A stretch of 64,000 bases of DNA. Source: Laetmonice hystrix (taxonomy: Eukaryota). Each line of letters starts with the position of its first letter. The first letter of the stretch is position 1. The stretch covers positions 10,666,001-10,730,000 of the forward strand of contig OZ249436.1 in NCBI GenBank assembly GCA_965235115.1, written 5' to 3'. Shown in pieces: positions 12,181 to 26,800 of this stretch. The translations under genes and the position numbers were made by a program. Under the pieces are notes generated by a model. It made no database searches and was not told the origin of the DNA. It was given only the letters and a program-made list of their open reading frames with translations.

Positions 12181-14989
12181 CTATGATGGAACTAATTTTA
12201 GTGTTGGATTCCAAATAACAAGCACTCCTGCCAAGGAACTTATTATACCCAGAACTCCTTGTAAACTTGTCGAAGTATGAATGTATCCCAGGCTTGATAG
12301 AGGCAGGAATATGTCAGCTATATTTTTTACGGTATCAATGAAGACAGATTTATTATCTGACATGCACACCTCTCTTTTGGTCTGGCCACTGGACTTTACT
12401 TTATATCTCTGAGCCCTGGCTGCTATTAGAAGAAGGTCATACAGATCTCTTATCAGATTAACACAAATGGTGACAAGCCAGAAGCGGGCACTTACTCTGG
12501 CCCATTTCTTGGTATCAGTACTGATTATACCAACTTTCCCAGCCCAAATGAGATGATCCACAAAAAGATAACATGCTTGGTTGAGTTTGGCCAATGTCAG
12601 CGTCAGGCGATAGGCGATATTTTCTAACTGCATCGATTTCAATCCGCCATACAGCATGTCAACACTCTTGCCAAAACGTAGCACTGAAATACATGTACAT
12701 CAAGCAGAATCAACATTACTTGCGGAAAGGTGTATATATATATAGAACACTCTTTTAAAAAAAGTTTATTTTTTACAAAGAATATCTATCGACAAAACTT
12801 ACACTGCTTAGAAAAAGCCTGCTTGGCCAATTAACATTAATTACTGTACCTTTTCGTGTTGCACTCAGATTTGTTTCAAGGTTTTTCAGCTTCTCCACAA
12901 GTTGAGGATTCTTCTGTAGGCTCTGGAGCTGTGCCCAACCTAATTTACTGATATACTGGAACAACCTAAAACACCAACAACAACCATGACAAACTCTTTA
13001 TCAACCAATTTTCTGATTAATAAATAAGATAGAGACGACGTTTTAAAACTATTGCTTATTTTGTTTGATTTAATTTTTCAATAAATACGTATGTCCATGG
13101 GGATCACACTTTACATTTAGATATTCGACTGATACAGGCCTCTGGAGGCATATATTATCCAATTGTGTATTTTTTTTTCATTTCCCAGAAAAGGTCAGGG
13201 TGTTACATTATATTCTACATTACATAATTGAACCTTTATTTTACTAGAATTATATTTGGGTAAAATCTTCCTCACGTATGGGACCACACTGGATATTCTG
13301 ACATTATATGGTAATGCTTTAACAGAACTGAATTTGAATTGAATTACACATTAAAGTTATTAAGCCATATATCCTACAAATATTTAATTTAAATGGATAA
13401 CAGAAAATCGGCCTAAATAATACAAGTAGGCTAGTAAATGCAATTTATAATAAACGATTTTTATCTTTGGTACGATATGACACGATTTCTTCCTTTATGG
13501 CGCATAAGCACAGATCCAGGGAGTTAATTTGCACATGGAAGGCAATCTGTTTGGGTAATTCGGTAAAATTAGTCAAACTAGAAGATATAGGCCTGATCTT
13601 ATTTAGGCCTAGCTGTTGCCGGCAATACCCAGGGGCGGATCCAGGATTTTGGGGGGCCGGTTGGAATTAAAGGGGGGGCCGAGCCCTAGTAGGGGGTCCA
13701 GGGGCATGCCCCCAGACAATTTTGAACATCTAGAGTTTCTGAAATGGCATTTCCTGAAATTTCCTGCATTCTGAGAAAGCAAAATGTTTGCTTTTACAGT
13801 TGCAAACAACAAAATTTTGCCTTTTTTCTGATTGGTACCCTGACGAAAGGGGGGGGGGGCGGCCCCCTCCGAATCCGCCCCTGATACCTTTATTTTTGTG
13901 TCAAACCAAATGCAAAGGCAGTGATGTGGGCCACTTTGCCGCCTTGGATCCACTGAATTAATCTTTCTAGGTTAGACTGTCTACGGGAGGAGAGTGCGGG
14001 TGCGTTGACAGACATGATGTAGCCTACCCCGCCGGCAGTTAAAAGTGGGCGGGGCACGGCATCTATTCAATGCACCGTAATTCGTAAACATGCTGTGTCG
14101 TTGACTGAGTGTCGTAGATGATACATAGAATAGCCTAGGTCTGATGTAATGGTAGGAGCCATAAAGTTGACGCAAATCTGACCCCCCCCCCCCCTTCCAA
14201 CAGCTTTTCAACAGCCGTAACTGTATCGCTTGCACATAGGCTATATCCCCCACCCCCCAAGTGTTACGTAATAATGGACGGCCCCTGCCTACGCCTCCGG
14301 CCGCCACAACAGATAGGCGTGGCCGTGGAAAAACGATCGACACTGACCGGGGGGGAGGAGGGTGGTCAAGTAAAAACTCTTTAGTTTTAGGCCCATTATT
14401 TGGAAGCCCCTTTTTCTACGCGACTGGCACTGTATAGTAAGCTTATTTTATCTATACGACATGGAGTCATGCCATTGGCGAATGGCGTGTAAGTCGTGTA
14501 GTAGACATGATGTAGGCCTACTAATCTAATGTCAGTAATGACCGTTTGCGCGGTCCGTCCAGTGTGCTCCCAGTCCAGCCCCGGTTCACTGGCTGTACGC
14601 CACGTAGCCTGGGTAAGTAGAGGCCCTACTCCGTTTAGAAACTGAATTACACCGGCTGTACCGGTGCCGTAGCTGTAGTGTAGGCCAGTAAGTTTGTACC
14701 CTTATCCAACTACCGGTAATGATAGACATTCTGAACGCCGACACCGCACGGGAGGGTCTCGAGGACGGGCCGGCAGGAGAGCGACACCGCACGGGACGCG
14801 GGAGGGTATCGAGGACGGGGGCCGGCAGCAGAGGGCCGGGCCGCCGGGCCGCCGGGCCGCCGGCGTCGGCTGATAATATCAAAACTGACAAAACTCAAAA
14901 GACAAACGGAACAGGGGGTCTTACCTACAAAGTTTATCCCTGCCATTTGTCTGAGCATTGAACTTAACGATCTGAACGGCTACATCCAT
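12181..14989 (-). CDS. PEX11B: Peroxisomal membrane protein 11 (PEX11, alpha/beta type), 3 exons, 227 aa
   Basis: Exons 14989-14925 (MDVAVQIVKFNAQTNGRDKLCR), 12965-12850 (LFQYISKL...LETNLSATRK) and 12683-12181 (VLRFGKS...YLFVDHLIWAGKVG...ARFW...DTVKNIADIFLPL...GVLGIISSLAG). The GRDKLxR-LxQY, RKxLRFG and DxVKNxxD motifs are characteristic of PEX11. The A versus B paralog label is tentative. Confidence 0.93.
13630..13883. mobile_element. hAT-like MITE with 5-bp TSD
   Basis: TIRs CAGGGGCGGAT / ATCCGCCCCTG, flanked by atacc on both sides. Confidence 0.8.
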
Positions 14990-15240
14990 GGCGTCTGATC
15001 GGCTGCTCTGTGTCGTATTCACCTACAACACACGGACACGGTCAAAGCTCGACAGACCTTGTCCCCTGCGGGCCCCCGCCCCCTTCCCCACTCACTCACG
15101 TGTGCCATTTTTCGTCCCCCGACTTCCTAGTTAGGTATCACTAAGATAAATTGGATGGTCAAAAGTCAGCCGAAGCTATGAAGATGATCGTGTCCATAGG
15201 GTAGGGGTGGGGTGGGTGTGTGACCCAATCAGAATCTCAT
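14990..15240 (-). promoter_or_regulatory. PEX11 5' UTR and proximal promoter
   Basis: CpG-rich. Contains an E-box CACGTG (~15097), GC/GT boxes, CCAAT (~15225) and two DR1-like repeats (15039-15051, 15156-15168). Confidence 0.55.
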
Positions 15241-16552
15241 GAACTAAAAAATAACTAATTAGCAAATACCGTGTTTCTTCTGCATACTAGCATGTTAGAT
15301 TAAACCATGAATGTATTATAATTAATTTAGAAAAGGTACACAAAATGAAATTTGTTTAACCACGGATGTATAATATATTAAGGAACAACTGAGGCTGGGA
15401 TTGTTTTCGTGGTGTTTTATTTTCACCCACTTCTATTATCATGCCCATTCAGAGTATGTCCATTGTCGGTTGTCCATACTCTTTCTCTGACTGACTGACG
15501 ATTGGAAACTGCATATTGTTCAAGTCTGGCCACGAGGCCGGGGTTGTTGCTTCACTGCGACTTATCCTATCGTAGCTTTAACTGAGGAAAGAATACACTT
15601 TCTATTCTAATGTCCCACAGACCACCTCTACCCAGTCCCTTCTGTTACTTTGGTACATAGAAAACCTCTTCCCGGATATTTAGATGTCCTCAGGCGACAT
15701 TCACTCTACATGTACTTTGACACAATGGGTTTGAATGAAGCTGCACAGAAATCATTATACAACTATAATCCTATTAAATGATCACACAGCATTTCATTGT
15801 AACGGGCAAAACCATGATTATTACTTTAAACTTGGGGACCGTTAGGGGCCGCCTTTTATATCCACCTCCACTGAAAAAATATAGCTTCAAGACAATGCAA
15901 TTGGTGCCGTGGACCTTACAAACAGTATCGCTGGAAACTATCTTGGTCTGTTTGATATTTTCCAATATCCTGGATTGCATATGGGGCAGAAAACTTACTG
16001 CAGAGGTTACAAGTCTCTGAGACAATGGGGTGGCCGGGCTCTGACTGCCAATGTGTCGATACACCTTTTAAACCATTTGCAAGAAAGATTCTTCAACAAT
16101 GGGTAAACACATTCAGATGTCAGATCGAAAATTATTGCCATTTGTCCAACGGGAATCGTTAGCAATACATTGCATTGAGGGAGCCGCCTCGGTTAAATTT
16201 CCAAAATAAAAAAAAAATGTATTGCAAAAATGTTCTGGAGGAGACCTCCCAGACCCCGCCACATGATCGACTCGTGCCTTCGGCGCACGCCTCGGCCAAA
16301 TTCTCTTCAAATTTACGGCCCTGGTTATATTTGAATAGAATCCCTTATATTGCCTAAGTTTAATCCCAACACTGACAACGAAAACGACACCAAACACGTA
16401 CGGGAGGAAACATCTTCATCTTCCTGGAATTTCCTTCCACATTACGAAACATCATAATCAAAGATCTTAAAATGAAGATGGGAATACAAAAGTAAAAGAA
16501 ATGACATGACATTCGCGCAAAAACAGAACCAAAAGCAAGTGTTTGCCGAACA

Positions 16553-16779
16553 CATGGTTCCCAAGCTATCAGCTCTCCAAAATTCCCGGACTTTTCCCAG
16601 ATCCATATATTTTTGCCAGGACCATGTCTCCTTCCGTTTTTTCCTAGCATGGGATATTGACGAGGATTCCCGCACTTTGCATTTATAATTTATAAAATTT
16701 CCAATCTTTTCCCGTCCCAGGAGGTCCCAATGTAAAATTTCCGGATTTTTCCCGGTTTCCCGGACCCGTGGGAACTATG
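16553..16779. mobile_element. MITE related to 48861-49165
   Basis: TIRs CATGGTTCCCA / TGGGAACTATG. Flanks cgaaca/ctaaca (6 bp, one mismatch). Internal TTCCCGG repeats. Confidence 0.72.
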
Positions 16780-17846
16780 CTAACAAGAAATATCTTCACG
16801 ATTAAATACCTTAAAATACGATTGGGACTCTTTTGTGGTGTTTGATATCTTTCTGCACCATACTGACAGCTATGGTAATGCTGTAGCGCTGCAGTCTTAG
16901 CTCACAAATCAAGACCAGTGACATTGGTCGCCACCCAGAAAACTAACATTTGAATACGAGTTTTGTGAAGAATTATCTTATTTTCAAGAGAATGAAACTC
17001 CTCCAACTAAAGATTGCATTCATTACCCAGCAGTGCTCCACACACTAACTGCAAACACAGCGCACCCATCTCCATCATACCCCTTCACCAACAGTTCACA
17101 GAATTAACATCAAACTTCAACTTGGGCAATCTTTAATCTTAACAGCCGATATATCACGTAGTATGGACCAGCATGGCTGCCTTTCCGCCTCATTGAAACG
17201 TCTTATAATACACAACATGCGCACAGCCCATTTTATGCTGTAATATTTCACAAAGTTGAACCGAACGAACCCAAGATGATTGCAATACGAGCTTCCCTGT
17301 GGCAGCTTTTGAGTCAGAAAACTATTTCTTCAAAAGGGCGCAATTCTTGTAATGGGTCACGTCCATTGTGTAAAGTACCAAATACTCAATTAAATCAAGA
17401 CTATTAATTTAACTATCTGTTTGCAGAAAAGGGGGGCTCCAAATTGATACATGTAAGTGACAATGTCACAGAAAGTTAGAAATAATGCATGGGTGTCAGT
17501 GAATCTGAATCAAACTGCCTTGGGATTACAGAGAAGGAAGGCCAACAGGGCTGACTGGTAATAGAACCATGGGCCAGACAAATGACTCTTTTATCAGTTC
17601 ATTTCTTTTCATACCTTGTAGAGACGGTATTTTGAGAACACTCCAATCCATGAACTAGTACATTGACAAGATGCCATAGTTTATTGTGGTCAGTCATACT
17701 TAAAGGTAAATTGTCATAAGGCAGCAGGAAGCCAGATCGTCTGGTTTTTGAATGGCGCACAAAAATGCCATTCAGCAGCTGTAATAAGCTGGTCGCATGA
17801 CGTTCATTCAGATTAGAGTCTTGAAAATTGCTACAGCAGGTCTGTG

Positions 17847-20800
17847 TTAAATGAAGTCATCACATGCATCATATGAAGCCGTGGTGTAATCCTGGAACTC
17901 ATCATCGCGTCCTACAGTAAGACTAAATCCTTTCTTCTTCTTCTTCCCTTTACCAGCCTACAATACAGTAAAGATACAGTGTGACCAAGTTTGGTCTTCG
18001 AACATATGACAGACCCTACTGTCTGTATAAGAGTGGATGAAAAACTGTGAAATGTTACATGATCATTCCTATTCTCTTACTTGTCCGACTTTGGGTAATT
18101 TGAAACCAATTTAAGTATCACAGCCATGCAAGAATAGATTATACAGTAGAACCTAAAGTGTTACCTTCAGTTTGAGCTTCTCATTATTGACTGCTGTTAT
18201 CGTTGAACCTAATTTCTTCAAGTCATCGGTTTCCACTGTAAAGGAAAACAATAATCATAATAACCTACAATCACCTATCTGACACTGTGATATTCAGATA
18301 AGATACCTTGAAATGTATCTGATCTGATCAAAACCTACTGGGAAGTATCCACTGATGAAGAATACTCTTACAGTGAATCAGACCTTCAATCCTGATATTT
18401 GCTGTGTTAAATTTCTTAACCTAAAGCTAACAGAATGCAGATATAAAAAGATACTTACAACTTAATGATAGATCTCTGAATAAATTAACGAGGAATCCTA
18501 CATAATGGGCAGATTTCTGAAACAGATGTATTTTAAAACCCAATTAGAAAAAGAGAATTGTAGTAAAAACCACAAATATAAATATTACCTCTTATAAACC
18601 TTGATACAGCCATGCACTGATGAAGAATTTGTCAATATTATCGATTAAGTGTACAAACATCCTGCCCACTGACCCTATTACAGGCTTTCAGCAAGGGGAG
18701 CTAAAAAAAATAGAGATCCATGTGGCTTCTAAAAAAGGTTCTTGTATCTTCAGTAAAACTTATATATACTGACATGAAAAGATCTATGCCTGATGTCCAC
18801 AGAACTTAATAAAAACACTAAAATTTCATTTCAAACTCCCTGTGTTTTCCACCATAAATTTTCCCTTTAATCTGATATACCTTCTAACCAGTGTTTTAGT
18901 CACATATTGCGACCAGACAGTCATTTTGAATAAGATAACAATCATTTGAATGCAACATGAAATGTCCTACAGCATCTGCCACATTTGATTCCTGGCTGTC
19001 AAAATTATTCCATGTGTTTTCCTTGTGTTTTTGCAATTTTAAGAAATTCCCTGTGTTTTAAATGCAGGGATATTTTTGGAGCCATTTTCCATGTTTTTCC
19101 AGTGCTTATCATTTCAGCCCTACGAATACGACAATTTGACCACCATACAATAAAAAATGAAGCTTCCAGATATACCTCAAATTGTGTGATTTTCACTTTT
19201 AAAACCTCTTCAAACTTGTCAAACTCTTCTTTTGTTCTTGGATTTGATGCATCTATGCTGTCTATTTCTGTCCGTTCTTGGTCCACCCCTGCCAAGTTGA
19301 AAAGAGTAAAGTACAATAAAACTCCATGGTAAAAGATCAACCACTGAAAAAAATTGATGCTCTCTTGACATTTAAGTACAATCCTTGGAGTGAGCAAATT
19401 CAGCATTTATCCTATGACATGGATAATATTATAACAAAGGCACCCTCAAATTGGGACAAGAAACCTTATTCTTTTGTGGTAACTTTAACTTTACAATTTT
19501 AATCATCACCAAAAACATTAGCAATGTATTAAAGCAAGGGCCCAAATCTACCCGAACGACTTACCAAAGGCCTCCTTTGCCAGCTGTAAATCCGACTCTT
19601 CCTGGGCTCTTCGTGCCTTCTCCTTGGCTGCAGCCACTCCTTCTGGTGTCAAAACTTCATCTTCCTTTTTTGCCTCCTCTGCCTGGAAGCAGCAATGGGA
19701 CATTTCATGATGCAATGAAACGCCTGATGAGATTTATACTGAGATTATAGATGCAAATACCCAATTACTAACAGATACAAAACATTCATAAACCATGGCC
19801 CTGGGCCAAAGCTGGAAACTGACCACTTTCCTGACACTGCCCATTCATCATTGAGTGCAGGCGTCAGGGCACAGCGGTCATCTCTCTGCTGCAATCTGGC
19901 ACCACAGCCACTTAAAAAATAACGACGACACCACTCAGTACTGCTCAGGCCAACGGGTACACGCGGGGCCCCTACTTGCTCCTTCTGCTGTTAATATGGG
20001 AGGTCTATGGAACAAATACCATACTCTATGGGTACAGACTGCTCTTATCACGGTAAACAAGTGGATGGTTCCCCCCCCTCATGTTATGTGGCTTGCACTC
20101 TCCACACCTGAAATGGAACTTTTTACATGTGGGTAAAGCAAAAATGTGGAACTTTCTGCTATGCTGTAATATTCAGGAATGGGAGAATTGGCTGATAAAG
20201 AAACAGAAAACTGTAGAAATTCACTCGAACTGCTGCTGTAGTTGCTGTTGGCACCGCGTCACAGAATCACTTCGCTGGGAGAAAATATTTATCTCTGGGA
20301 AATAAGTGCTGCATCTACCTGTATTAGCAATTAATGTGTGTAAAAATAGACCAATTTTCCAAAGGCTAATTACCTACACTCCCCAGCCATGACAGATGGA
20401 ATTCCAATTAAGACCAGCAATACCAGTCTTTTTAATCTTGGTTGCAGTTACTTCATAAAAGTGCTCCTTTTATTCACTTCAAGGAGTGTGTCTACTTGTT
20501 GGGTGCTTTATGAAATTGATCCATAAATTATGAAACTTGGGTGGAATGAAGATACAAGTCTCTAGTTCTTCCACTGATCACAAGGATAAAGCTTGATGCA
20601 TGCAACACTTGATTAGAATGGTGGATCTTAAATTGACATAAACGACCTATGCTCACACTAGTTCCAAGATTTCTGACTGTTGCTTCCTCCTTGGGGTTAC
20701 CCTTCAGTATTTCAACGTCTTTCACTCGACAACCTTTGGAACTGAACGACTTAAAATGCTGGTCAGCCAGATTCTCTTGGAACAAGGCTTGGTCGAAAAG

Positions 20801-23800
20801 CCTTTGATATGAAAACCAATTTTAGGTCAACTTATACATTAATGTTTCAGTGTTAATAAAGAAACTAAACACAATCAGAAAATATAAGTGCTTGACTGCT
20901 AGAATTACTGTTTTATTCTAGCCCTGTTAAGGACAGCTGGTCCAAACCAAGGTCCATGGTAAGCAGAGCTAAAATCCACACACACAGTTGTGAAGATGGC
21001 ACAGAGTTAGCAGGATACTATTAAAATAGAAAGAACCATGGCACCTACAAGATAATGAGTTCCATAATTTTACACATTTTTCTTGTTTTCCATGAAATTT
21101 CATGATTTGTACAAACCCTGCCAAAATAGGTACCCTCCTCTTCATTTTTAATGCAGTCGGCACCCCTGAACATTTTATATGATCCCATCTAAATTTAGTC
21201 ATTTCAATTTGTTATTTTAATACTCTTTACTGTCTAATGGTTAAAGTTTAAAATGGATTACCACTGGTAGCTGGGTATAGCCCCCCCCCCCCCCAATTAC
21301 ATCTGATTTAAACACTCCCTAAGGCTGATTCTATTTCAAAATTGTTAAAACAGTCTCAAGTGGTCAAAGTCAGTGACTACCTCTTATTTGGTTTTGCCAC
21401 AAATACAAATAAAATTTCATATGGTTATCTGAGGCATCAAAGATGCCAGGGCACACGAGGATGCCATTTATCACCAGTAATTGGTGGTTTTGCTGTCTCC
21501 ATCCTTGTCTTAGACGTTTGTGTATATGGTTGAGCAACAAAGGCTGCTCAGCCTGCAGTCAATCAAAGGTTCACATAGTTCAACTATCTAGTCTAATGAC
21601 AGGCACAATACAGTACTGACAATATCTTACATCAATTTTTCGATCCTCTGATGTTGGGGTCATACAGATCGCATCTATTTTATAGTGACTCCCTTAATCA
21701 AAAGTGCAGTCGACAGTCAGTTCCATAAACTCACTGGGGAAGTCATTTAAATAAACAGCCCATGCAAGTCTATAAAAATTTTGTCTGTACATGTATCTCA
21801 TGTTTTTGAGCCAGGTTAACTTTCAACGTGTCGATGTCACATTTACGGCAAGTAAAACCATCTGCCATCTAGTTATAAATCTGCATGAATTTCATGGCGT
21901 CTTGGCAGGAAACGTCTTCCATACTTCCCAACATGCAACACATGGCCTATATTAGGCACTTTACAGAGTGGGAGGTTTCTATGTCCAAACAGGTTGAAAA
22001 AAAGATAGAATGACTTTAGGCTAACAAAGCAGAATCTTATAATGGCTCACGTTTGTGGAATTGCTGGTGTAGGCGTCCAGGTAGTTGCTATCAGTCTGTA
22101 ATATACAAACAGACAACATCCTCAGGACCTGTGGGATAGTCTGTTACATGTTCAACTCGTTTTAATATCATGGGCCTATACTATAGCTAACATAATACCG
22201 GCCGAAATTTTGACCATGTCTCTCATGAGGAAAGAGTCCTAGAATGTATTAACCATGAGAGTTGAATACTAAGGATTACTAATGACAATGAACAGCTTAC
22301 CTTGGTTATAAATCACCAGTAACATTGTACTAATTACTATGCCATTTTTTTGCTGTTCATGAAAGTTCCCTTTAAATATTAATATACCAGCATAGAAAAA
22401 GAAGATAGAGGACAACGTTAACAGGTGTAGGACATTGGTGTAGGTAAAATTTGCCTTCTAAGTTATCGGTATATTCTGTGATCTGTCTCCCATCTTCTCT
22501 ATCAGCTGGGGTTTGTCAACAACAGTTACTGTCTGATGTGACAATATCTACTTCCCATTGCTTGGTCTGACGTCCTTGCAGTACTTGGGGGCTTAGAAAC
22601 TTGCTTTTTAATTTGACAGCTATGCCACTAGAAAAGCAGGATGATCTGCTCATTTAGACCATGTCAGTGTGCATGAAGGAGCATATAACTAAACACGACC
22701 AAATTAACAAAACATCTTCCGCCAATATTATATCTTTAGACTTTCATGACCACATCATCGGATCATGTTGATGGGAGACAGCTGCGACTTCTCTGGAAGC
22801 CTCTGTGACACCACGATGGAAAACAGACAATAAGTATTGTCCAATGTTTATTTTACTAGGGAACAGGTTTTGTACTGAAGAACTGCCTCAAGGTGAACTA
22901 ATTAACAAGAACTACTGGGCCCGGTTTCAGAAAGGTTAGCATGATCTTAACTTAAGCTCTGCTTAGCCTTTTAGGACCCCTGATTGGCTGGTTTAAGCTG
23001 CAGAGGACCAGCCAATCAGGGGTCCTAAAAGGCAAAGCAGAGCTTAAGTTAAGATCATGCTAACCTTTCTGAAACAGGGCCCTGGTACCCAAACCCGTTC
23101 AAATGACTAGGCCAACGTCACGGTTAGATACTGATTGTCTAACTCTATGCTGTAACACAAGCTGGCGCGTGCAAGTCTGCAGGAGATGGGCAGTTACAGA
23201 TTTCTTAGAGTTAGACTGTTTGAACCAACTCCAGCCACCAACAACAGTACCCAGTAAGAGTTTTCTGTCATTGATTATCAGGTATCCATCGACCTCTTTC
23301 CATGCGGAACTCCTCTTAGGGATCAAGCTGGGTTTCAGTTGTCAGGAGAGAATAGCTCATTTTGTTGAAATCAATGAGATTTTCACATTTTAAATGAGAC
23401 TTTTCAAAGGTTACCACATTATTTAATGATATACATGTACATGTACATGTATTACTATGCGATAAAAAAAATGTATTTCTGTTGAGAAATATCATGGTGT
23501 TTGTAAAATCGTTTAATATAAGTCAATCTCTTATATGTGTCAGCATAGCCTGTTTGAATGCCATGAGGCACTGACTATTGTCAAATACTGTACTGTATAT
23601 ATGGCAGCTAAATGGTGTAATACCTGGGCCCCGTCTTACTAAGCCGGCGACATCGCCAAATGGGACGTCACCGGCCCATATAAGGTAATATGTCGCCTAT
23701 TCTGGCGACGTGCCCCATTGCTTTAACGTTGGCGACATTTGACAGGCGATGTCGCCGGCTTAGTAAGACGGGCCCCTGGTAACCAGTATGGAGCAACCCT

Positions 23801-26800
23801 ACTCAGCAGACACACTTCTTTTGACATATGGCAATAGCAGGGCATGACCTTCCAGCATTCATTTTCTCAAGTACCAAGACCTCCAACATCCTGACAGTTT
23901 GCCAACCTAACCTTAAGACACTGGCCCTTTATATTACATGAGTTTAGAGTCACTGTAAACATTTTATCCCTAGGTTTTTACCAGTTCACCATGTACCCCA
24001 GGAGCAGTCAATCGTCAGTGGGGCTGAACTAGCTCACATCTGGATCATACTCAGAACTGTCCAAGGGAGACTAAATTACTTCTTGCCCATTGTTGCTTCC
24101 TTTGTTACCTTAGCCTGCTGATGGGCATGACTCGTTACCATGGTAGTTAATAATAGGGAGTGAGTGACTTTGCACAGGTCATTTCTGGCACTGAATGATA
24201 CTTTAAGTTTTAATCTAGTCTGAAAATAGTTTTACCTGTTTATTTCTTCATTGCCACGATTCTCCTATGTTTACAACCCTGTGAGCACTATTCCCCATTA
24301 GTGGCTCTTTTCCCCTATTATCGTACCATATGATGCCATCACTTCCAGTTTCACTCCCATTTCGCCTTTTTACATTGATTATTCAATATCCCAAACAACT
24401 TTCCTTCCAGTCCTTTTTCTTGGGCTATTACTTTGTACACTAACTCCTCAGGGGTATTAGGGATGTGCTCAAGCCGGGCAGGTCTGCCCGGCACCGATTT
24501 TAGCCACCTGGCACAAAACTAAAAATGTTCAATTGCTGCCCAGCAGGAATTTTTATTAGGCCTATCAATCATCTGATTAATGTATGTGCATTATTAACTT
24601 CTCAGACCGTCTCTTGTTCATTCATGATACCAAGGCGCTAACCAAATGGCCCCACCCTCACCCCTTGCCAACTTAAAAACTTGTGCCTTTGGTGCGAGTG
24701 CAAAACTACCACCGGGCACTCAATTTTTTCTAGGCACATCCCTGGGTATGGATCCCCTCCTATCACCATCTTCCCTATGTCCCTCGGGAACTCCAGAACA
24801 AAAATAGTGCAATAATAGAAAACAATGTTGAGGAAATAAATAAATTCATGAACAAACAAATTCTCAATCTGCAGACTCTGAAAGAAAATGTTAATTCTGC
24901 AAAAGAAAAAAAATCATTCTGCACACTGTGCACACAAGCAGAATTAGTAAGAAGTTTATAGAATTTGCAATTATCCCCCCGTTCTTGATGATATATACCA
25001 ATCAAAAAGGAGCAGGTATTTACTACAGAGCTCTGTAAAGGAATTTTCCAAAACTGAGGGAAATTGGGTTTCCAGAGGAAGCAAACTTGACAAATATGTA
25101 TGATAAATTCATACTTTGTTCACAGCATAGTGAACCTGCATGTAATATAATTAGTGGCAACAGCTGATTTGGCCCATCTCACCAATAGGGATTTCTAAAA
25201 GTAAATTTTTGCAAAATGTCAAATACTTACGAGCTACAGTCAAAGCTTTAGAAACACAGACCATAATCTGTATGTTTTCCACTTAGTGGTGTGTATTACC
25301 TTTTTCGCGGCCTCTGCCTTCATTTTTGCCTCCTTCTCAGCAATCCTGTCTTTCAGTGGTTTCTTCTTCTTTACCTGAGTTGCCTTGTTTGCCTCACCAT
25401 CTGTAATGCAAGAGTGTTTAGCACGTCAGCACTTGCTTGTCCCATTTGCTTGTCAGTATTAGCATACTATTGTTGAAGTTATTTCTACATTACTAAATTT
25501 CTGCACATTTCGCTTTCAAGGTCTTTCACAGAATTATTAAATTCCTGCAACTTTTAAAGCCAAGTATCTTCAGGTTTAAAATTTAAATTCTGCAAGCTCC
25601 AAACTGACTAAGTACCTTCAGTGGGTGCTGGCTTGTTTTCTTCATCCTCATCATCCCAATTATCCTGAAAAAGGACCACAAATCAACTCATCATATAGCC
25701 ATTGGTAAAGTTCAGTTGAAATTCCTATGTAGATATCATGACTTGATTTGCGAGTTTTCAAAGGCGATTCTTTTAACCTATTCCTCCCTGAAAAACATGC
25801 CAATAACACTCAGTCACCTGGATTTTGGCCCTGGAATGTACATAACATTACCAAAATGCCTGAATTTATAATTGACTCATTAATTACAAAGATAGACCAA
25901 ATGACAAGGTATTCTGATAACACTGTAAATAATTGCCATTCTTCTCACCAAATGATCAGGATAATACCAAAACTTCACCAACTGGGAACATTGTCAGTGT
26001 TAACTTAAAGGATTTTCATATATTTCATATACATTGTACAAATTGGCGAAAACCTTGCTTCAATAGTGTATGATAATTATGTTCCATGGCTCTGTCTACT
26101 TGCCTGATTGGATTTCCCAGGCATTTTTAAAAAATATGTGAAAACCAGAAAATTGGGAAAGATGTGCATCTTTTCCTGGAGCTGCTCCCCAGCTTCGAGA
26201 TATATTTTGAGCTGGAGTTCTCCGGAGTAAACAAAACACTCTTGTTGTTTTCTCGACAGAAGTTTAAGCAGCGATGTACTGTTAAACGAACTTTGGCAGG
26301 TAGATATATTAAGCTGCATGGTGTTAAAAAATGTCTTGGGAGGGGATATTGTTTCATTTGATATTAACAAATAAAACTGCCCACCACACAACCCAGGGCA
26401 ATAGGCCTACTTACCCTTGGCTTAGGCCTACCTCTTTTGCCTATAGATCTAGGCCTATTTCCTTTTTTTGGGGGGGGGGGGGGGGGCGTCGAAGCTCGCC
26501 AGTCATTTCGGCCGCCTGCCAGTTCGGCCGCCTGTATATTCTGTAGTGACCAGCTTCGCCGCGGGTCGCCGCCGCGTAGCCTATGTAGTAAGCCTTGCGC
26601 CGGGCCAGCGAGGCTTACAGACAGCCCAATTAAATTCCTGGCGGGTCATACCGTACACCGGCCAGACCACCACCGCTTGCACTGATCAACTCACCGGCAT
26701 CCATTTATCTCAACAGTAGGTGTAATGAGTCCTGAAGTAGTGTTTCTAATAGTACAACGTCAAATTCATGTCTAGATCACCCGTTTAACGGCGTTTTACC

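Noticed and set aside
14586..14961. Overlapping GC-rich ORFs
   Set aside because: CpG island of PEX11 intron 1, stop-poor by composition.
19760..22760. Candidate C/D snoRNAs in EIF3J intron 4 (ATGATGA at ~19845; ATGATGT...CTGA at ~22757-22664)
   Set aside because: The first lacks a D box. The second lacks a clear terminal stem or a recognisable rRNA guide.
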